Below, piece by piece: positions 50,401-60,637 of a stretch of 64,000 bases of DNA. The position numbers were made by a program, and so were the translations under genes. Source of the stretch: an uncultured Clostridia bacterium. GTDB taxonomy: Bacteria; Bacillota; Clostridia; Christensenellales; UBA1242. The notes beneath the pieces were generated by a model, which saw only the letters and a list, made by a program, of their open reading frames with translations, searched no databases and was not told the DNA's origin. The stretch is from assembly GCA_944349375.1 (NCBI GenBank), contig CALVMV010000003.1, positions 26,755 through 90,754 on the forward strand. The letters are read 5' to 3'. How positions within the stretch are numbered: position 1 is the first letter of the stretch; every line of letters begins with the position of its first letter.

Positions 50401-50961
50401 TTATTTAACTCTTTCCATGTAGGAACCATCACGAGTGTCAATTCTTATTTTGTCTCCAATATTGATGAAAAGAGGTACTCCCAAAACATATCCAGTTTCT
50501 ACTTTAGCAGGTTTTGTAGTTGATTTTGAAGTGTCGCCTTGAATACCAGGTTCACAATCAACAACTTCAAGTTCAACAAAAGTTGGAGGATAAACAGAGA
50601 AAGGATTGCCTTTATAAAAATACATTGTACAATTTTCATTTTCTTTTACGAAATTTAATGCGTCTTCAATGCTGTCTTTATTTAATGGAATTTGATCATA
50701 AGTTTCAGCATCCATAAAATAATAAATTTCGCCATCATTGTAAAGATAAGTCATTTCTTTCTTTTCAATTACTGCTACTTGAAATTTATCAGATGGGTTA
50801 AAAGTAGTTTCTTTAACTTGTCCTGTCATAACATTTTTTAATTTAGCTCTTACAAAAGGTGACCCTTTACCAGGTTTAACATGTAAAAAGTCAATAACTG
50901 AATAAACAGCTCCATCCATTTCAAAAGTTGTACCTTTTCTAAAATCTCCTGCAAAAATCAT
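50401..50961 (-). CDS. efp: Elongation factor P
   Basis: HVKPGKG.PFVR, PGIQGDT, KPA.VETG, VPLFI. Confidence 0.98.
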   Translation of the reverse strand: MIFAGDFRKGTTFEMDGAVYSVIDFLHVKPGKGSPFVRAKLKNVMTGQVKETTFNPSDKFQVAVIEKKEMTYLYNDGEIYYFMDAETYDQIPLNKDSIEDALNFVKENENCTMYFYKGNPFSVYPPTFVELEVVDCEPGIQGDTSKSTTKPAKVETGYVLGVPLFINIGDKIRIDTRDGSYMERVK

Positions 50962-51029
50962 ATAAAATCTCCTTAATTAATGATAATTTCTTGTTTATTT
51001 TATCACATAAAAATAAATTTGTCTAGTGT

Positions 51030-51896
51030 TTATGTATTGTTTTCTTTCAAATTAAAGTATATTTTTTTCATTTCAAGAGCATCATGAGGCATTTTACTCA
51101 TTGATTCACATATTATTCTAGGTTCAAGATTGTAGTCAATCAAAACTCTTGCTAATGGTTCAAAATTTGGACCATAGATATTGTCATCAAAATCTAGATG
51201 TTTTATTTCACCCTTTTGTCCATATTGAATTTTAGAAAAATGGATGTGGCAATTTTTAATTCTATCAAAGCCTAATTTTTCTATAGCATAGTCAAAGATT
51301 TTTTTATAATCTTCTGTATCTCTTAATTGCCCTTGCATAAGTGAGTTTATGTGTCCAAAATCGAATGTAGGCATTAAATGATTGTTAAGAGCGCATAGGT
51401 CCACAATTTCTTTGTAAGAGCCGATTTGCATGGTTTTTCCCATAGTTTCAGGACACAACCATAAACCATTAAGATTATTATTTTCTTCCAAATTGTTAAA
51501 AAATTCTTTAAATCTGTCTTGTGTTAACTTTAAAGCTTCTTCTCTTGAAAGTTTGCCACATGATGAAGAATGAAAGATTAACCTGTCCGCACCGAAAGCT
51601 TTTAAGAAACGAATACCTGTTATTATGTAATTTTTAGTTTTTTCATACATTATAGGGTCAGGATTAGCAAAATTTATATAAAAAGGAGCATGAATAGAAA
51701 GAGAAATTCCATTTTCAGTAAATAATTGCCCCGCTTTAGTTGCTGTTTCAATACTCATTTGATATCCATGTCCAAAGGAGTATTCATATGCGTCTAGTCC
51801 ATAATTTTTAATCCATTGAGGGACTTGACTTATGTTGTTATACCCTTGCTCATAAAACTCATTTCCACAACCAGAAGGCCCAAATTTTATAGCCAT
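51030..51896 (-). CDS. Endonuclease IV-like TIM-barrel protein (AP endonuclease family 2)
   Basis: FGPSG, SIHAPFYIN, PETMGK, DFGH, HIHFS.I, ICES metal-binding motifs. Confidence 0.85.
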   Translation of the reverse strand: MAIKFGPSGCGNEFYEQGYNNISQVPQWIKNYGLDAYEYSFGHGYQMSIETATKAGQLFTENGISLSIHAPFYINFANPDPIMYEKTKNYIITGIRFLKAFGADRLIFHSSSCGKLSREEALKLTQDRFKEFFNNLEENNNLNGLWLCPETMGKTMQIGSYKEIVDLCALNNHLMPTFDFGHINSLMQGQLRDTEDYKKIFDYAIEKLGFDRIKNCHIHFSKIQYGQKGEIKHLDFDDNIYGPNFEPLARVLIDYNLEPRIICESMSKMPHDALEMKKIYFNLKENNT

Positions 51897-52069
51897 AATT
51901 CCTCCTTAAGCATAGTTTTAAATTTATAAACTTTTTATGTTAAAATTTTTTCTCTATGATTACAAAAAATTTTTTGTTAGTATCCGCTAGTATAAGATAA
52001 AAGATAAAAACTTTCTTTCATTGAGCAGAAAAGAAAACTTATAAATTTATTAGTATTAAAAATGTAAGC

Positions 52070-52918
52070 CTAAAATAATTTTATAATCATTTTCAATTTA
52101 TTTTCTTGGTTACTCTCTCCTATTCCTATAAATTCTTTCTTATAAAACAACTTGTATTTCCCATCAGGAATTACAATTTGAACACCATTTTGTAAAAGAG
52201 AGAATTGTTGGTTATTAATTTGCAATGTCGGTAAGTCAAATAAGATTTCAGGGTTGATTAAACTGTATTTGCCTTTCTCTATATCAGAAATTGTGTATGA
52301 GTCTTCAATTTTAAAAATCCCACATCTTGTGCGTATTATGTTTAGCATAATACCACAAGTTGAAAGTTTTTCAGCCAAATCCCTACAAATAGAACGGATA
52401 AACGTTCCAGAAGAACAATGAATTTTAAATTTAAAGGTATTTTTCCCAGATTTTTGAAGCAGTTTAATATCGTATATTTCAATTTGTTTAGGTTTTAATT
52501 TAGCAACTTTGCCTTTTCTAGCTAAATCATAAGCTTTTTGTCCATTTACTTTTTTTGCACTATATTGTGGTGGCATTTGATTTTGTTTGCCTATAAATTT
52601 AGGTAGAATAGACAAAATTTGAGCTTCTGTAATATCTAAATTGATGTCTTCATCAGTTAAAGGACCTTCTAAATCTAATGACGGAGAAGTTTGACCAAAT
52701 TTAAAGGTTGTAATATATTCTTTGTCCTTATTTAAAAAGAAATCAAATAGTTTTGTTGCTTTGTTTAATGTTATTGGCAACAGACCTTCCCCTAATACAT
52801 CAAGAGTTCCTAAATGACCTGCTTTGGAAGCGCCCAAAATATGCTTTACAGTGTTAACGGCTTTATTTGATGAAATATTAGCTGGTTTATTTAGCAACAA
52901 AATAGCATTTTCTTTCAT
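52070..52918 (-). CDS. truB: tRNA pseudouridine(55) synthase
   Basis: KAGHLGTLD, Q.PPQYSAKKVNG, CSSGTFIRS. Confidence 0.96.
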   Translation of the reverse strand: MKENAILLLNKPANISSNKAVNTVKHILGASKAGHLGTLDVLGEGLLPITLNKATKLFDFFLNKDKEYITTFKFGQTSPSLDLEGPLTDEDINLDITEAQILSILPKFIGKQNQMPPQYSAKKVNGQKAYDLARKGKVAKLKPKQIEIYDIKLLQKSGKNTFKFKIHCSSGTFIRSICRDLAEKLSTCGIMLNIIRTRCGIFKIEDSYTISDIEKGKYSLINPEILFDLPTLQINNQQFSLLQNGVQIVIPDGKYKLFYKKEFIGIGESNQENKLKMIIKLF

Positions 52919-53898
52919 TATTTTCCCTTTTTGTTTTGATAAATTGTTTTAATTTCTTTTAGAACTCTTTTCGATAATATGTTTACATTAATTTTATCAT
53001 CATAAATTTTGCTAGCACATGCGTATAGATGTCCACCACCACCTAGTTTTTCAGCAATTTCACGAACAGGGAAGCCTATTTTTGAACGGAACGAAACATA
53101 ATATATATTTTTTTCTTTCTCTACTATACTGAATGCTATGTTTACTTTATTTAGCTTAATTAACTCAGTGCTTACTTGAGAGAAATCTCTTTTATTGGCT
53201 TTTAATTTTTTCATGTCATCATAGCTGATCAAGCAAAAAACTATACCATTTTGAATTTTATAATTATCATATATAAATTTTTTTATATTAATCTCTTTTT
53301 CTGTTATTGACTTATAAAATATTTCATTAAATTTATCAGAATTAGCACCTAAAAGCTTAAGTTTATATGCAGCCAAAAAAGATTCTTGTGTAGTATTTGA
53401 GTGTATAAAACTACCAGTATCTGTAGATAATCCTGCAAATAGATAAGAAGCTATTGTATCATTAATTTTAAATTTACCTTTTAGTAACAAATCAAAAACA
53501 ACTTGGCAACAAGAACTTTTTGTTGTGTCAATGTAGTTATATTTGCCAAGAAAATCAATATTCTTGTGATGGTCTAACACTATTGAATTAGAACTGCAAT
53601 TAAATATATTTGCGTGTTCACATCTGCTTTTACTTGGGTTATCAACTGAAATAAATGTATCATACTGTTTTTCATCAAATTTAGTAGTAGCAAAATTTTC
53701 TCCAAAAAAAGAAATTGCAGTCTGAGTTTGAACTTCGCTACAAATATAATCAGCTTTGACATTAATCAGATTTAAAGCCGATTTTAAAGCCAAAGCAGAA
53801 CCTATTGCATCAAAATCTGGTTCTGTATGTGCAAAGATTGCAACTTTTTTAGCTGTTTTTAAAACTTTAGCTATTTTTTTTAGATCATCATTCTTCAT
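52918..53898 (-). CDS. nrnA: DHH-family phosphoesterase (NrnA-like)
   Basis: H.EPD.DAIGS, DHH, TDTGSF, GGGGH; canonical position between rbfA and truB. Confidence 0.88.
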   Translation of the reverse strand: MKNDDLKKIAKVLKTAKKVAIFAHTEPDFDAIGSALALKSALNLINVKADYICSEVQTQTAISFFGENFATTKFDEKQYDTFISVDNPSKSRCEHANIFNCSSNSIVLDHHKNIDFLGKYNYIDTTKSSCCQVVFDLLLKGKFKINDTIASYLFAGLSTDTGSFIHSNTTQESFLAAYKLKLLGANSDKFNEIFYKSITEKEINIKKFIYDNYKIQNGIVFCLISYDDMKKLKANKRDFSQVSTELIKLNKVNIAFSIVEKEKNIYYVSFRSKIGFPVREIAEKLGGGGHLYACASKIYDDKINVNILSKRVLKEIKTIYQNKKGK

Positions 53899-54256
53899 CT
53901 GAATCTCCCTTAGGAATATTTAATGTTTTTAAAATTTCATTAACCCTTATTGATGCACTTGTGCCTTTATCTATAACAAATTGAAGTTTTGGCATATAAG
54001 GCATATTAACCATATTTGCTAATTCCTTTTTTATAAAACCTTCAGATTTTTGTAATATCTTAATTGTTTCTTTTAACTTGTTTTCATCATCTTCATCTAA
54101 AGCTATTTTGACTTTACAATATTGAAAATCTGGAGTAACAGTTACATCACTAACATAAATAAAAGGAGATAACCTTGGGTCATTCATTTTATTTTGAATA
54201 ATTAGTGCAATATTTTTTTGCAATTGGCTATTTGCCCTTTCAAATCTATTTGACAT
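53888..54256 (-). CDS. rbfA: Ribosome-binding factor A
   Basis: R.ER, DPRL, V.VTPD, P.L.F..D; follows infB. Confidence 0.93.
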   Translation of the reverse strand: MSNRFERANSQLQKNIALIIQNKMNDPRLSPFIYVSDVTVTPDFQYCKVKIALDEDDENKLKETIKILQKSEGFIKKELANMVNMPYMPKLQFVIDKGTSASIRVNEILKTLNIPKGDSDEE

Positions 54257-54287
54257 AAGATTATCTCCCTTTAATCATTAAATTGTT

Positions 54288-56756
54288 TTATCTTTTAATC
54301 ACTTCTTTTGAGTAAAATTCTATAATATCTCCCTCTTTAAAATCTATATTATCACGCAATTTTATTCCACATTCAAAACCTTTAGCAACTTCTGCTTTTT
54401 CATCTTTTACAATCTTAATTGATTCCACAGTAGTTTTTCCGATTTCTTCATTGTTGCGTAGAACTTTTGCAATAGCATTTCTAATCACTTTTCCATCTTT
54501 TACATAACTTCCAGCAACTTTTCCAGCTGTAGATAATTTAAATACTAATCTGATCTCTGCGCTACCTATATATTTTTCTTCATATTTTACACTTAACATT
54601 CCATTGATTGCATTAGTTATATCATCTACTACATCATATATAATGTTGTATTCTTTAATTTCAATTTTAGAAGAATCTGCTAAATTTTTTACTTTTGCAG
54701 AGGTTCTTTGATTGAAATCTACAATTACAGAATTTGTAGTCTGAGCCAAAGAAACATCGCTTTCTGTAATAGCACCTGTTCCGCTATGAACAATATTAAC
54801 TTTTGCTTCTTCATTTCTGATAGCAAGCAAAGCATTTTTAAGAGCTTCTACTGAACCCATTGTATCAGCTTTCAAAATAATGTTAAGATTTTTTAAGGCT
54901 CCTTCTTGGACTCTATTCATAAAGTTATCTAAAGTCACACCAGAAGATTGTTTAGCTCTTTCTTTTTTAATTTTGTCAATTCTTTCTTGAATTACTTGTT
55001 TTGATAAAGTTTCTTCTACAGCATAAATTTCGTCACCAGAAGAAGGAACTTCGTTTAATCCTAAAATTGATACCGGTTTAGATGGCTCGGCTTTTTTTAC
55101 AGGCTTTCCATGATCATCAAACATTGCTCTGACTTTGCCGTAAGTAAGTCCTGACATAATAGAATCTCCCACATGAAGAACACCATTTTGAACTATAATA
55201 TTTGCCACAGGACCTCTGTTTTTGTCAAGTTCAGCTTCAATAACAACACCAACTGCCATTCTGTTAGGATTTGCTTTAAGTTCTTGCATTTCAGCAACAA
55301 GAAGAATAGTCTGTTTTAAATCATCTAATCCTGCACCTGTTTTTGCTGAACAAGGCACGCAAATCGCATCTCCACCCCATTCTTCTGGCAAAATATTATG
55401 CTCAGCAAGTTGTTGTTTGACTCTATCAGGGTTAGCTTCAGGTTTATCCATTTTATTTATTGCTACAATCATTGGAACGCCAGCTGCTTTAATGTGGTCA
55501 ATGGCTTCAACTGTTTGAGGCATAATTCCATCATCTGCAGCTACTACCAAAATAGCAATATCAGTAGCCTTTGCTCCTCTTGCTCTCATTTGTGTAAAAG
55601 CTGCATGGCCAGGAGTATCAATAAAGGTTATTTTTTCGCCATTAAATTCTATTTGATAAGCACCAATGCTTTGAGTAATACCCCCTGCCTCACCACTGAC
55701 AACATTTGTTTTCCTAAATGCATCAAGTAAAGAAGTTTTACCATGATCGACATGTCCCATAACGGCAACAATTGGAGGTCTCTTAACAAGAGAAGATGTA
55801 TCATCTTGATTATTAGCTTCTTCTAAAAGTTTTTCTTCAAAAGATTTTCCTGCTTTTAATTCCAAAGTAATTCCAAAATCGCTGGCAACAAGCTCTGCAG
55901 TTTCAAAATCAATATTTGAATTTATGGTTGCCATAATACCTAAAAGCATCAACTTTTTAACAATCTCGTTTACAGGTTTCCCTATTTTTTCGCTAAATTC
56001 TTTAACGGTAAATTCTTTTGAAGTCATAATAGCATGAGTTATAATTGTTGTTGGCGCTTTAACTTCATCTTTTTTCTTTTTAATATAACTTTTTCTTGAG
56101 CCATAAGAAATTTCTTCAAATCCATTTTCGTCTTCAATAAAAATGTTATTTTTTCTTGAAGTTGAAAGTTTTTTGTTCTGTGTTTTTCTTTCTTCGTTAT
56201 TTGAAGAATGTTTTTGAGCCATTTTAGCTTTTATTGCATAACTTCTTTCTGCTTTATTGTCAATTTCAGGAGCATCATTGCTTGCAAAAGAACGGAAATT
56301 ATTAGTTTTTGTGGAAACAAAATTGTTGCCAAATTTTTTGTTTTGCTTATTAAAAGGCTGTTTTTGATTTTGATTCTGATTTTGATTTTTATTAAATCCG
56401 TCTTTTCTAAAATCTTTTTTCTGTTCTCTATTAAAATTATTTTTTTGTGAAGAAAATTTGTTGTTAGACTGGTTTTGGTCAAATTTTCTGAAACTATTTT
56501 GTTGGTTATTGCCATTGGAAAAAGAAGGAGCTGTTTTTGGTTGTTCAGGTTGTGATATCTCCTTTTTGACCTCTTCTGCCTTTTTTTCTGTTAATTTAGT
56601 TTCTTCATCTATTGCTTTTAGTCTAGATTGAAGTTTTTGTGCAAAAGAATCAACAAGACTTTTTGAAGATCTTATCTCTTTTATAAGTTCGTTTAAAACT
56701 CCATCCTTTTGCATATCGTGTATTGTTTTTAAATTGTTTAATCCTTGATTTGCCAA
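54288..56756 (-). CDS. infB: Translation initiation factor IF-2
   Basis: [35 protein letters not shown]; TTG start. Confidence 0.98.
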   Translation of the reverse strand: MANQGLNNLKTIHDMQKDGVLNELIKEIRSSKSLVDSFAQKLQSRLKAIDEETKLTEKKAEEVKKEISQPEQPKTAPSFSNGNNQQNSFRKFDQNQSNNKFSSQKNNFNREQKKDFRKDGFNKNQNQNQNQKQPFNKQNKKFGNNFVSTKTNNFRSFASNDAPEIDNKAERSYAIKAKMAQKHSSNNEERKTQNKKLSTSRKNNIFIEDENGFEEISYGSRKSYIKKKKDEVKAPTTIITHAIMTSKEFTVKEFSEKIGKPVNEIVKKLMLLGIMATINSNIDFETAELVASDFGITLELKAGKSFEEKLLEEANNQDDTSSLVKRPPIVAVMGHVDHGKTSLLDAFRKTNVVSGEAGGITQSIGAYQIEFNGEKITFIDTPGHAAFTQMRARGAKATDIAILVVAADDGIMPQTVEAIDHIKAAGVPMIVAINKMDKPEANPDRVKQQLAEHNILPEEWGGDAICVPCSAKTGAGLDDLKQTILLVAEMQELKANPNRMAVGVVIEAELDKNRGPVANIIVQNGVLHVGDSIMSGLTYGKVRAMFDDHGKPVKKAEPSKPVSILGLNEVPSSGDEIYAVEETLSKQVIQERIDKIKKERAKQSSGVTLDNFMNRVQEGALKNLNIILKADTMGSVEALKNALLAIRNEEAKVNIVHSGTGAITESDVSLAQTTNSVIVDFNQRTSAKVKNLADSSKIEIKEYNIIYDVVDDITNAINGMLSVKYEEKYIGSAEIRLVFKLSTAGKVAGSYVKDGKVIRNAIAKVLRNNEEIGKTTVESIKIVKDEKAEVAKGFECGIKLRDNIDFKEGDIIEFYSKEVIKR

Positions 56757-56759
56757 AAT

Positions 56760-57056
56760 TTACTCCTTTTCTTCTCCACAGATTTTTAATATTTCTTCAC
56801 TGAGATTTTTATTTTTTATGCCGACAATTTTACAATTATTAATAAGCAAAATTGTATCTAAATTGTCAAGCTCCATTGTTTTTATGCCTTTACTAGAAAA
56901 TTTTTCTACAATTTTCAAAGTGTTTTTTTTGGAAGAACTATCATATAAAACTAAATAAAGTTTTTTGTTATAGTTTGAAAGTGCTTCCCCTCCTATAATA
57001 AGATAGTTTGCTTTTCGACAAATATTCAAAAAGCCTTTCAATTTGTCATTTTGCAA
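56760..57056 (-). CDS. L7Ae-family protein (YlxQ-like, divergent)
   Basis: L.I..KA..L..G pattern and position between ylxR and infB. Confidence 0.7.
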   Translation of the reverse strand: MQNDKLKGFLNICRKANYLIIGGEALSNYNKKLYLVLYDSSSKKNTLKIVEKFSSKGIKTMELDNLDTILLINNCKIVGIKNKNLSEEILKICGEEKE

Positions 57057-57301
57057 ATTTCTTCCTCCAACATATCATATATATTTTGATCTATTTGGTA
57101 TTTAAAAGCTTTGTTTAAAAGTTTTTGCTTTTTAACCTTATCTATGCAAGATTTTTGTGTGCAAATATATGCTCCTCTACCGTTTGCTTTACCTGTTTTG
57201 TCAATAAAAATTTCACCATCTTTATTCTTGACAATTCTTAAAAGCTGTTTTTTATCAAACATTTCTCTACAGGCAAGGCACATTCTTTGCCTTTTTTCCA
57301 T
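57038..57301 (-). CDS. ylxR: YlxR/RnpM family RNA-binding protein
   Basis: RMC.ACRE..DK..L.RIV, D.TGK.NGRGAY.C. Confidence 0.93.
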   Translation of the reverse strand: MEKRQRMCLACREMFDKKQLLRIVKNKDGEIFIDKTGKANGRGAYICTQKSCIDKVKKQKLLNKAFKYQIDQNIYDMLEEEICKMTN

Positions 57302-57312
57302 TATTCCTCCAA

Positions 57313-58470
57313 TTATTCTCCATCATCTAAAGGTGTTAAATCTTCAAGTTCTTCTAAATCTTCAAGTCCTTCAAAGGAATCATCACCGAGTTCTGTTAAT
57401 TCGTATTCAGGTTCTTTTTGAACTGGCTGAGATACCGTACTTTCGCTCTTAACTTCAATCTTCCACCCTGTTAATCTTGCAGCTAAGCGAACATTTTGCC
57501 CATTTTTGCCTATAGCTAAAGATAATTTATCATCAGGAACAATTACTCTTGAAGCTTTTAAACTTTCATTTGTTTCAACACTTAATACTTTAGCAGGGCT
57601 TAATGCTCTAGCAATATATTCAAGAGGATCTTCAGTATATTCTATCAAGTCTATTTTTTCGCCGTTTAATTCAGAAGTGATAGTATCAATTCTTTGACCG
57701 TGGAAACCAACACAAGTTCCAATAGGGTCAATGTTTTGCTTAGTTGTATAAACAGAAACCTTAGTTCTATTTCCTGCATCACGAGCGATATTTTTAATTA
57801 CAATATCTCCATTAGCTACTTCAGGAATTTCGAGTTCGAATAATTTTCTAACAAAACCTATATTGCTTCTTGTAACTTGAATTTGAGTTCCTTTGAATGA
57901 ATCTTTGATTTTCTTTACATAAACTTTTACTCTATCGCCAACATTGAATTTTTCGCCTGGGATTTGATCGGAAGGCAACATAACACCTTCAGTATGAGTA
58001 TTTGAAATTTGAACATAAACAGTTCCATTGTCAATTCTTTTTACAATAGTAGTAAGTAGTTCATCTTCTTTTTCAGAAAGTTCGTTTAGTGCGTTTTGTC
58101 TTTCCATCTCTTTTAATTTTTGCATAACTACTTGTTTAGCAGTTTGAGCTGCAATACGACCAAAATCCTTAGTAGATTCTTCTGATTGAACAATGTCCCC
58201 TACTTTGAAAGATTTTTTAATTAATTGTGCTTCGGCTAAAGAAATTTCTTTATCTGGGTCTTCTACATTATCTACAATTGTTTTATAAGAATATATTTTG
58301 ATAGTGTTTTTATCTGGATTTAATTTAACCATTGCACTTTTTGCTTCCCCATACATTTTTTTATAAGCAGAAGTTAAAGCTGTTTCTAAAGTTTGAATAA
58401 AAGCTTCTTTGTCTATTTTCTTTTCTGCTTGTAAATCTTCAAGTGCTTGAAAAAAATCTTTATTAATCAT
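57313..58470 (-). CDS. nusA: Transcription termination/antitermination factor NusA
   Basis: FGRIAAQTAKQV, S1 domain, AR.AG.RTK, LSLAIGKNGQNVRLAARLTGWKI. Confidence 0.98.
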   Translation of the reverse strand: MINKDFFQALEDLQAEKKIDKEAFIQTLETALTSAYKKMYGEAKSAMVKLNPDKNTIKIYSYKTIVDNVEDPDKEISLAEAQLIKKSFKVGDIVQSEESTKDFGRIAAQTAKQVVMQKLKEMERQNALNELSEKEDELLTTIVKRIDNGTVYVQISNTHTEGVMLPSDQIPGEKFNVGDRVKVYVKKIKDSFKGTQIQVTRSNIGFVRKLFELEIPEVANGDIVIKNIARDAGNRTKVSVYTTKQNIDPIGTCVGFHGQRIDTITSELNGEKIDLIEYTEDPLEYIARALSPAKVLSVETNESLKASRVIVPDDKLSLAIGKNGQNVRLAARLTGWKIEVKSESTVSQPVQKEPEYELTELGDDSFEGLEDLEELEDLTPLDDGE

Positions 58471-58482
58471 GATAATTTCTCC

Positions 58483-58971
58483 TTAAAATTTTATAATTGG
58501 CACAATGTGTGCTATTTTCGATTTTTCTAAAGTAATTTGATTTTGTAAAGTTGTTTTTTGTTTTTTATCTGGTAATGGTTGAATTGTTAATTCTGATGAA
58601 TTAAAACTTAAAAGTATCCCTTTAAAATTTTTAACCCCGTTTACTTTAGCAAATAATGTGATTTCAATTTCTTTCCCAATATTTCTTGCAAAATCTCGGT
58701 CATTTTTTAAAGGCCTGTCTATACCAGGTGAACTTACATTTAAAACATAAGGTTGGTCTTCAGTCGGATTCAGTTCATCTAAGATAGGGTCAATTAATTT
58801 GCTAACTTTTTCGCAATCGTTTATATCAATTCCTTTTTCGTTGTCGATATAAAAAGTTAAATTCATACCATCAGATTTTTTTGCGTATTCAATATCAACT
58901 ACTTCATAACCAATTTGATTGATAAGTGGCGAGATTTTTTCTTCGCAAATATTTTTCACTTTACTAGCCAA
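58483..58971 (-). CDS. rimP: Ribosome maturation factor RimP
   Basis: GIDINDCEKVS, Y.L.VSSPGIDRPL; TTG start with SD AAGGAGGT. Confidence 0.96.
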   Translation of the reverse strand: MASKVKNICEEKISPLINQIGYEVVDIEYAKKSDGMNLTFYIDNEKGIDINDCEKVSKLIDPILDELNPTEDQPYVLNVSSPGIDRPLKNDRDFARNIGKEIEITLFAKVNGVKNFKGILLSFNSSELTIQPLPDKKQKTTLQNQITLEKSKIAHIVPIIKF

Positions 58972-58993
58972 AATTACCTCCTTTATCTATGAA

Positions 58994-59030
58994 GCAGGGA
59001 GTGAACAAAAACTGCTCACTCCCCGTTAGA
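58994..59030 (-). ncRNA. rimP leader hairpin
   Basis: GGGAGTGAGCA-gtttt-TGTTCACTCCC stem between promoter TTGATT-17-TAAAAT and the rimP SD. Confidence 0.6.
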
Positions 59031-59083
59031 TCTAGTCTTTAATATTTTAACACATATATTATATAAAATCAACTATTTTTTTA

Positions 59084-60628
59084 TTATTTTTTTATTTTAG
59101 ATAACTCTAATAAAACTTGAGCAGTAGCAAAGGCATCATTATATGCTCTGTGTGCGCCTTCTAATGTTAAACCTAAAGCATTTACAATAGTTCCAAGTTT
59201 ATAATTTGCTAGCCTTAAATTAGAAGTTCTTGCTATTACTAAAGTGTCTATTATTTGGTTTTTAAAATATATTCCACAACTTTCGGCAGCTTTTTTGATA
59301 AACTTAAAGTCAAAACCTATAACGTTATGTCCACATAAAATACAATCTTTGCAAAAATCATTAAAATCTATTATTACATCAGAAATTAAAGGTGCATCTT
59401 TTACCATTTCGTTAGTAATATTTGTAAGATTTTGGACTTCTAAAGGAATAGGTTGTGAAGGTTTTACAAAAGTAGAAAATTTTTCTGTTAAAATTCCATT
59501 GACTATTTTTACAGCTCCAATTTCAGTGATTTCATCATTTTCAAAATCAAGACCTGTAGTTTCAATATCAAAAACCACAACGGATTTATCTTTTATATTA
59601 TCATTATATTCTGATTTTTGGTCAAATAAAAAGGCTTGTGTTTTAATCTCTATCTTTTCAATAGGAACAACATTTTTATGCAATTTCGTAACAGTATCTT
59701 CACTAATATTATCTTCTTCTATCTCTGAATTTTTTGATGCCCATGACATTTTACGAATATAATAAGTTAATGTTCCATTTAAGCCAAAATTCAAATCCCC
59801 TACACAAACAACCATCATGCCATCCTCAAGAGAGTCCATAACTTTTTCATTTGCTTTGGAGCAAAAATAGACACATTCGATTTTTTTCCCATCGTCCAAA
59901 GTAAAAGTATAAAGAGATTTTTCTTGCCCTGCTTTTTTCCCTTTTTTTATCTTAAAAGATTTTTTTGTAATTGCAGTTATTATGCCTGCCAGAATTACAG
60001 ACATTTTTGGTTTAGTATTGTTTTTTATGTATTCAGGTTGAGGGATAATTTCACTGCCAACTATTTTTTTAATAATTTCAACTTTATACCTTTCTACTTT
60101 TTTTCTAGACATGCTTGGCAAATCATCTGCCTCTATAACATCTGAAATTGTATCTTCATTTTCAATAATATTTATATCAAAGTCGGCAATAAATTTTTCG
60201 TTTAAGTAGTCAAAAAGTTGTTTTTTTAATTCTGTTTCATCTATCATTGCAAGAATATCTTTATTAAGTTTTATTTGAATTTTAATTAAATTTTCATTAT
60301 TAGTAATAGAAATATTTTCTTTAAACAAATAAGGAGATAAAGATTTTTTCTCTATATTAAAGAAATTAAAAATTTCTTTTTCTATCAATATTTCATCTAA
60401 AAAACTTTTTTTAAATTTAACCTTTACATCTGCGTTTAATGAATATTGATTTTTTAAAAATTCTTCAATGTTTTTTCTATCCTCAGCAGTCATATCATTT
60501 TGGGATAAAGGGAATAAAAAAGTAAAAGTGCATAAATTTGAATTTTTGTCATATATCACTTCGTAAATCTTTAAAAAATTGTATTTATCATTAAAAACTT
60601 TATTTAATTTTTGTAATATTTCATTCAT
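59084..60628 (-). CDS. PolC-derived protein: PolC N-terminal domain, OB fold, clamp-binding motif and DEDDh 3'-5' exonuclease; no polymerase domain
   Basis: In the polC slot (rseP-X-rimP); PolC-like N-terminus and OB; VVFDIETTGL, EIGAVKI, HN..FD..FI, HRA..DA; QAFLF motif. Confidence 0.85.
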   Translation of the reverse strand: MNEILQKLNKVFNDKYNFLKIYEVIYDKNSNLCTFTFLFPLSQNDMTAEDRKNIEEFLKNQYSLNADVKVKFKKSFLDEILIEKEIFNFFNIEKKSLSPYLFKENISITNNENLIKIQIKLNKDILAMIDETELKKQLFDYLNEKFIADFDINIIENEDTISDVIEADDLPSMSRKKVERYKVEIIKKIVGSEIIPQPEYIKNNTKPKMSVILAGIITAITKKSFKIKKGKKAGQEKSLYTFTLDDGKKIECVYFCSKANEKVMDSLEDGMMVVCVGDLNFGLNGTLTYYIRKMSWASKNSEIEEDNISEDTVTKLHKNVVPIEKIEIKTQAFLFDQKSEYNDNIKDKSVVVFDIETTGLDFENDEITEIGAVKIVNGILTEKFSTFVKPSQPIPLEVQNLTNITNEMVKDAPLISDVIIDFNDFCKDCILCGHNVIGFDFKFIKKAAESCGIYFKNQIIDTLVIARTSNLRLANYKLGTIVNALGLTLEGAHRAYNDAFATAQVLLELSKIKK

Positions 60629-60637
60629 ATTTTCATA

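Noticed and set aside
56360-56392. Short (ttttga)n-like repeat in infB
   Set aside because: Encodes the low-complexity NQNQNQ stretch of the variable IF-2 N-terminus; not a CRISPR or contingency repeat.
59084-60628. polC pseudogene
   Set aside because: Intact frame, complete exonuclease active site, internal as well as terminal domain loss, and no decayed remnant downstream.
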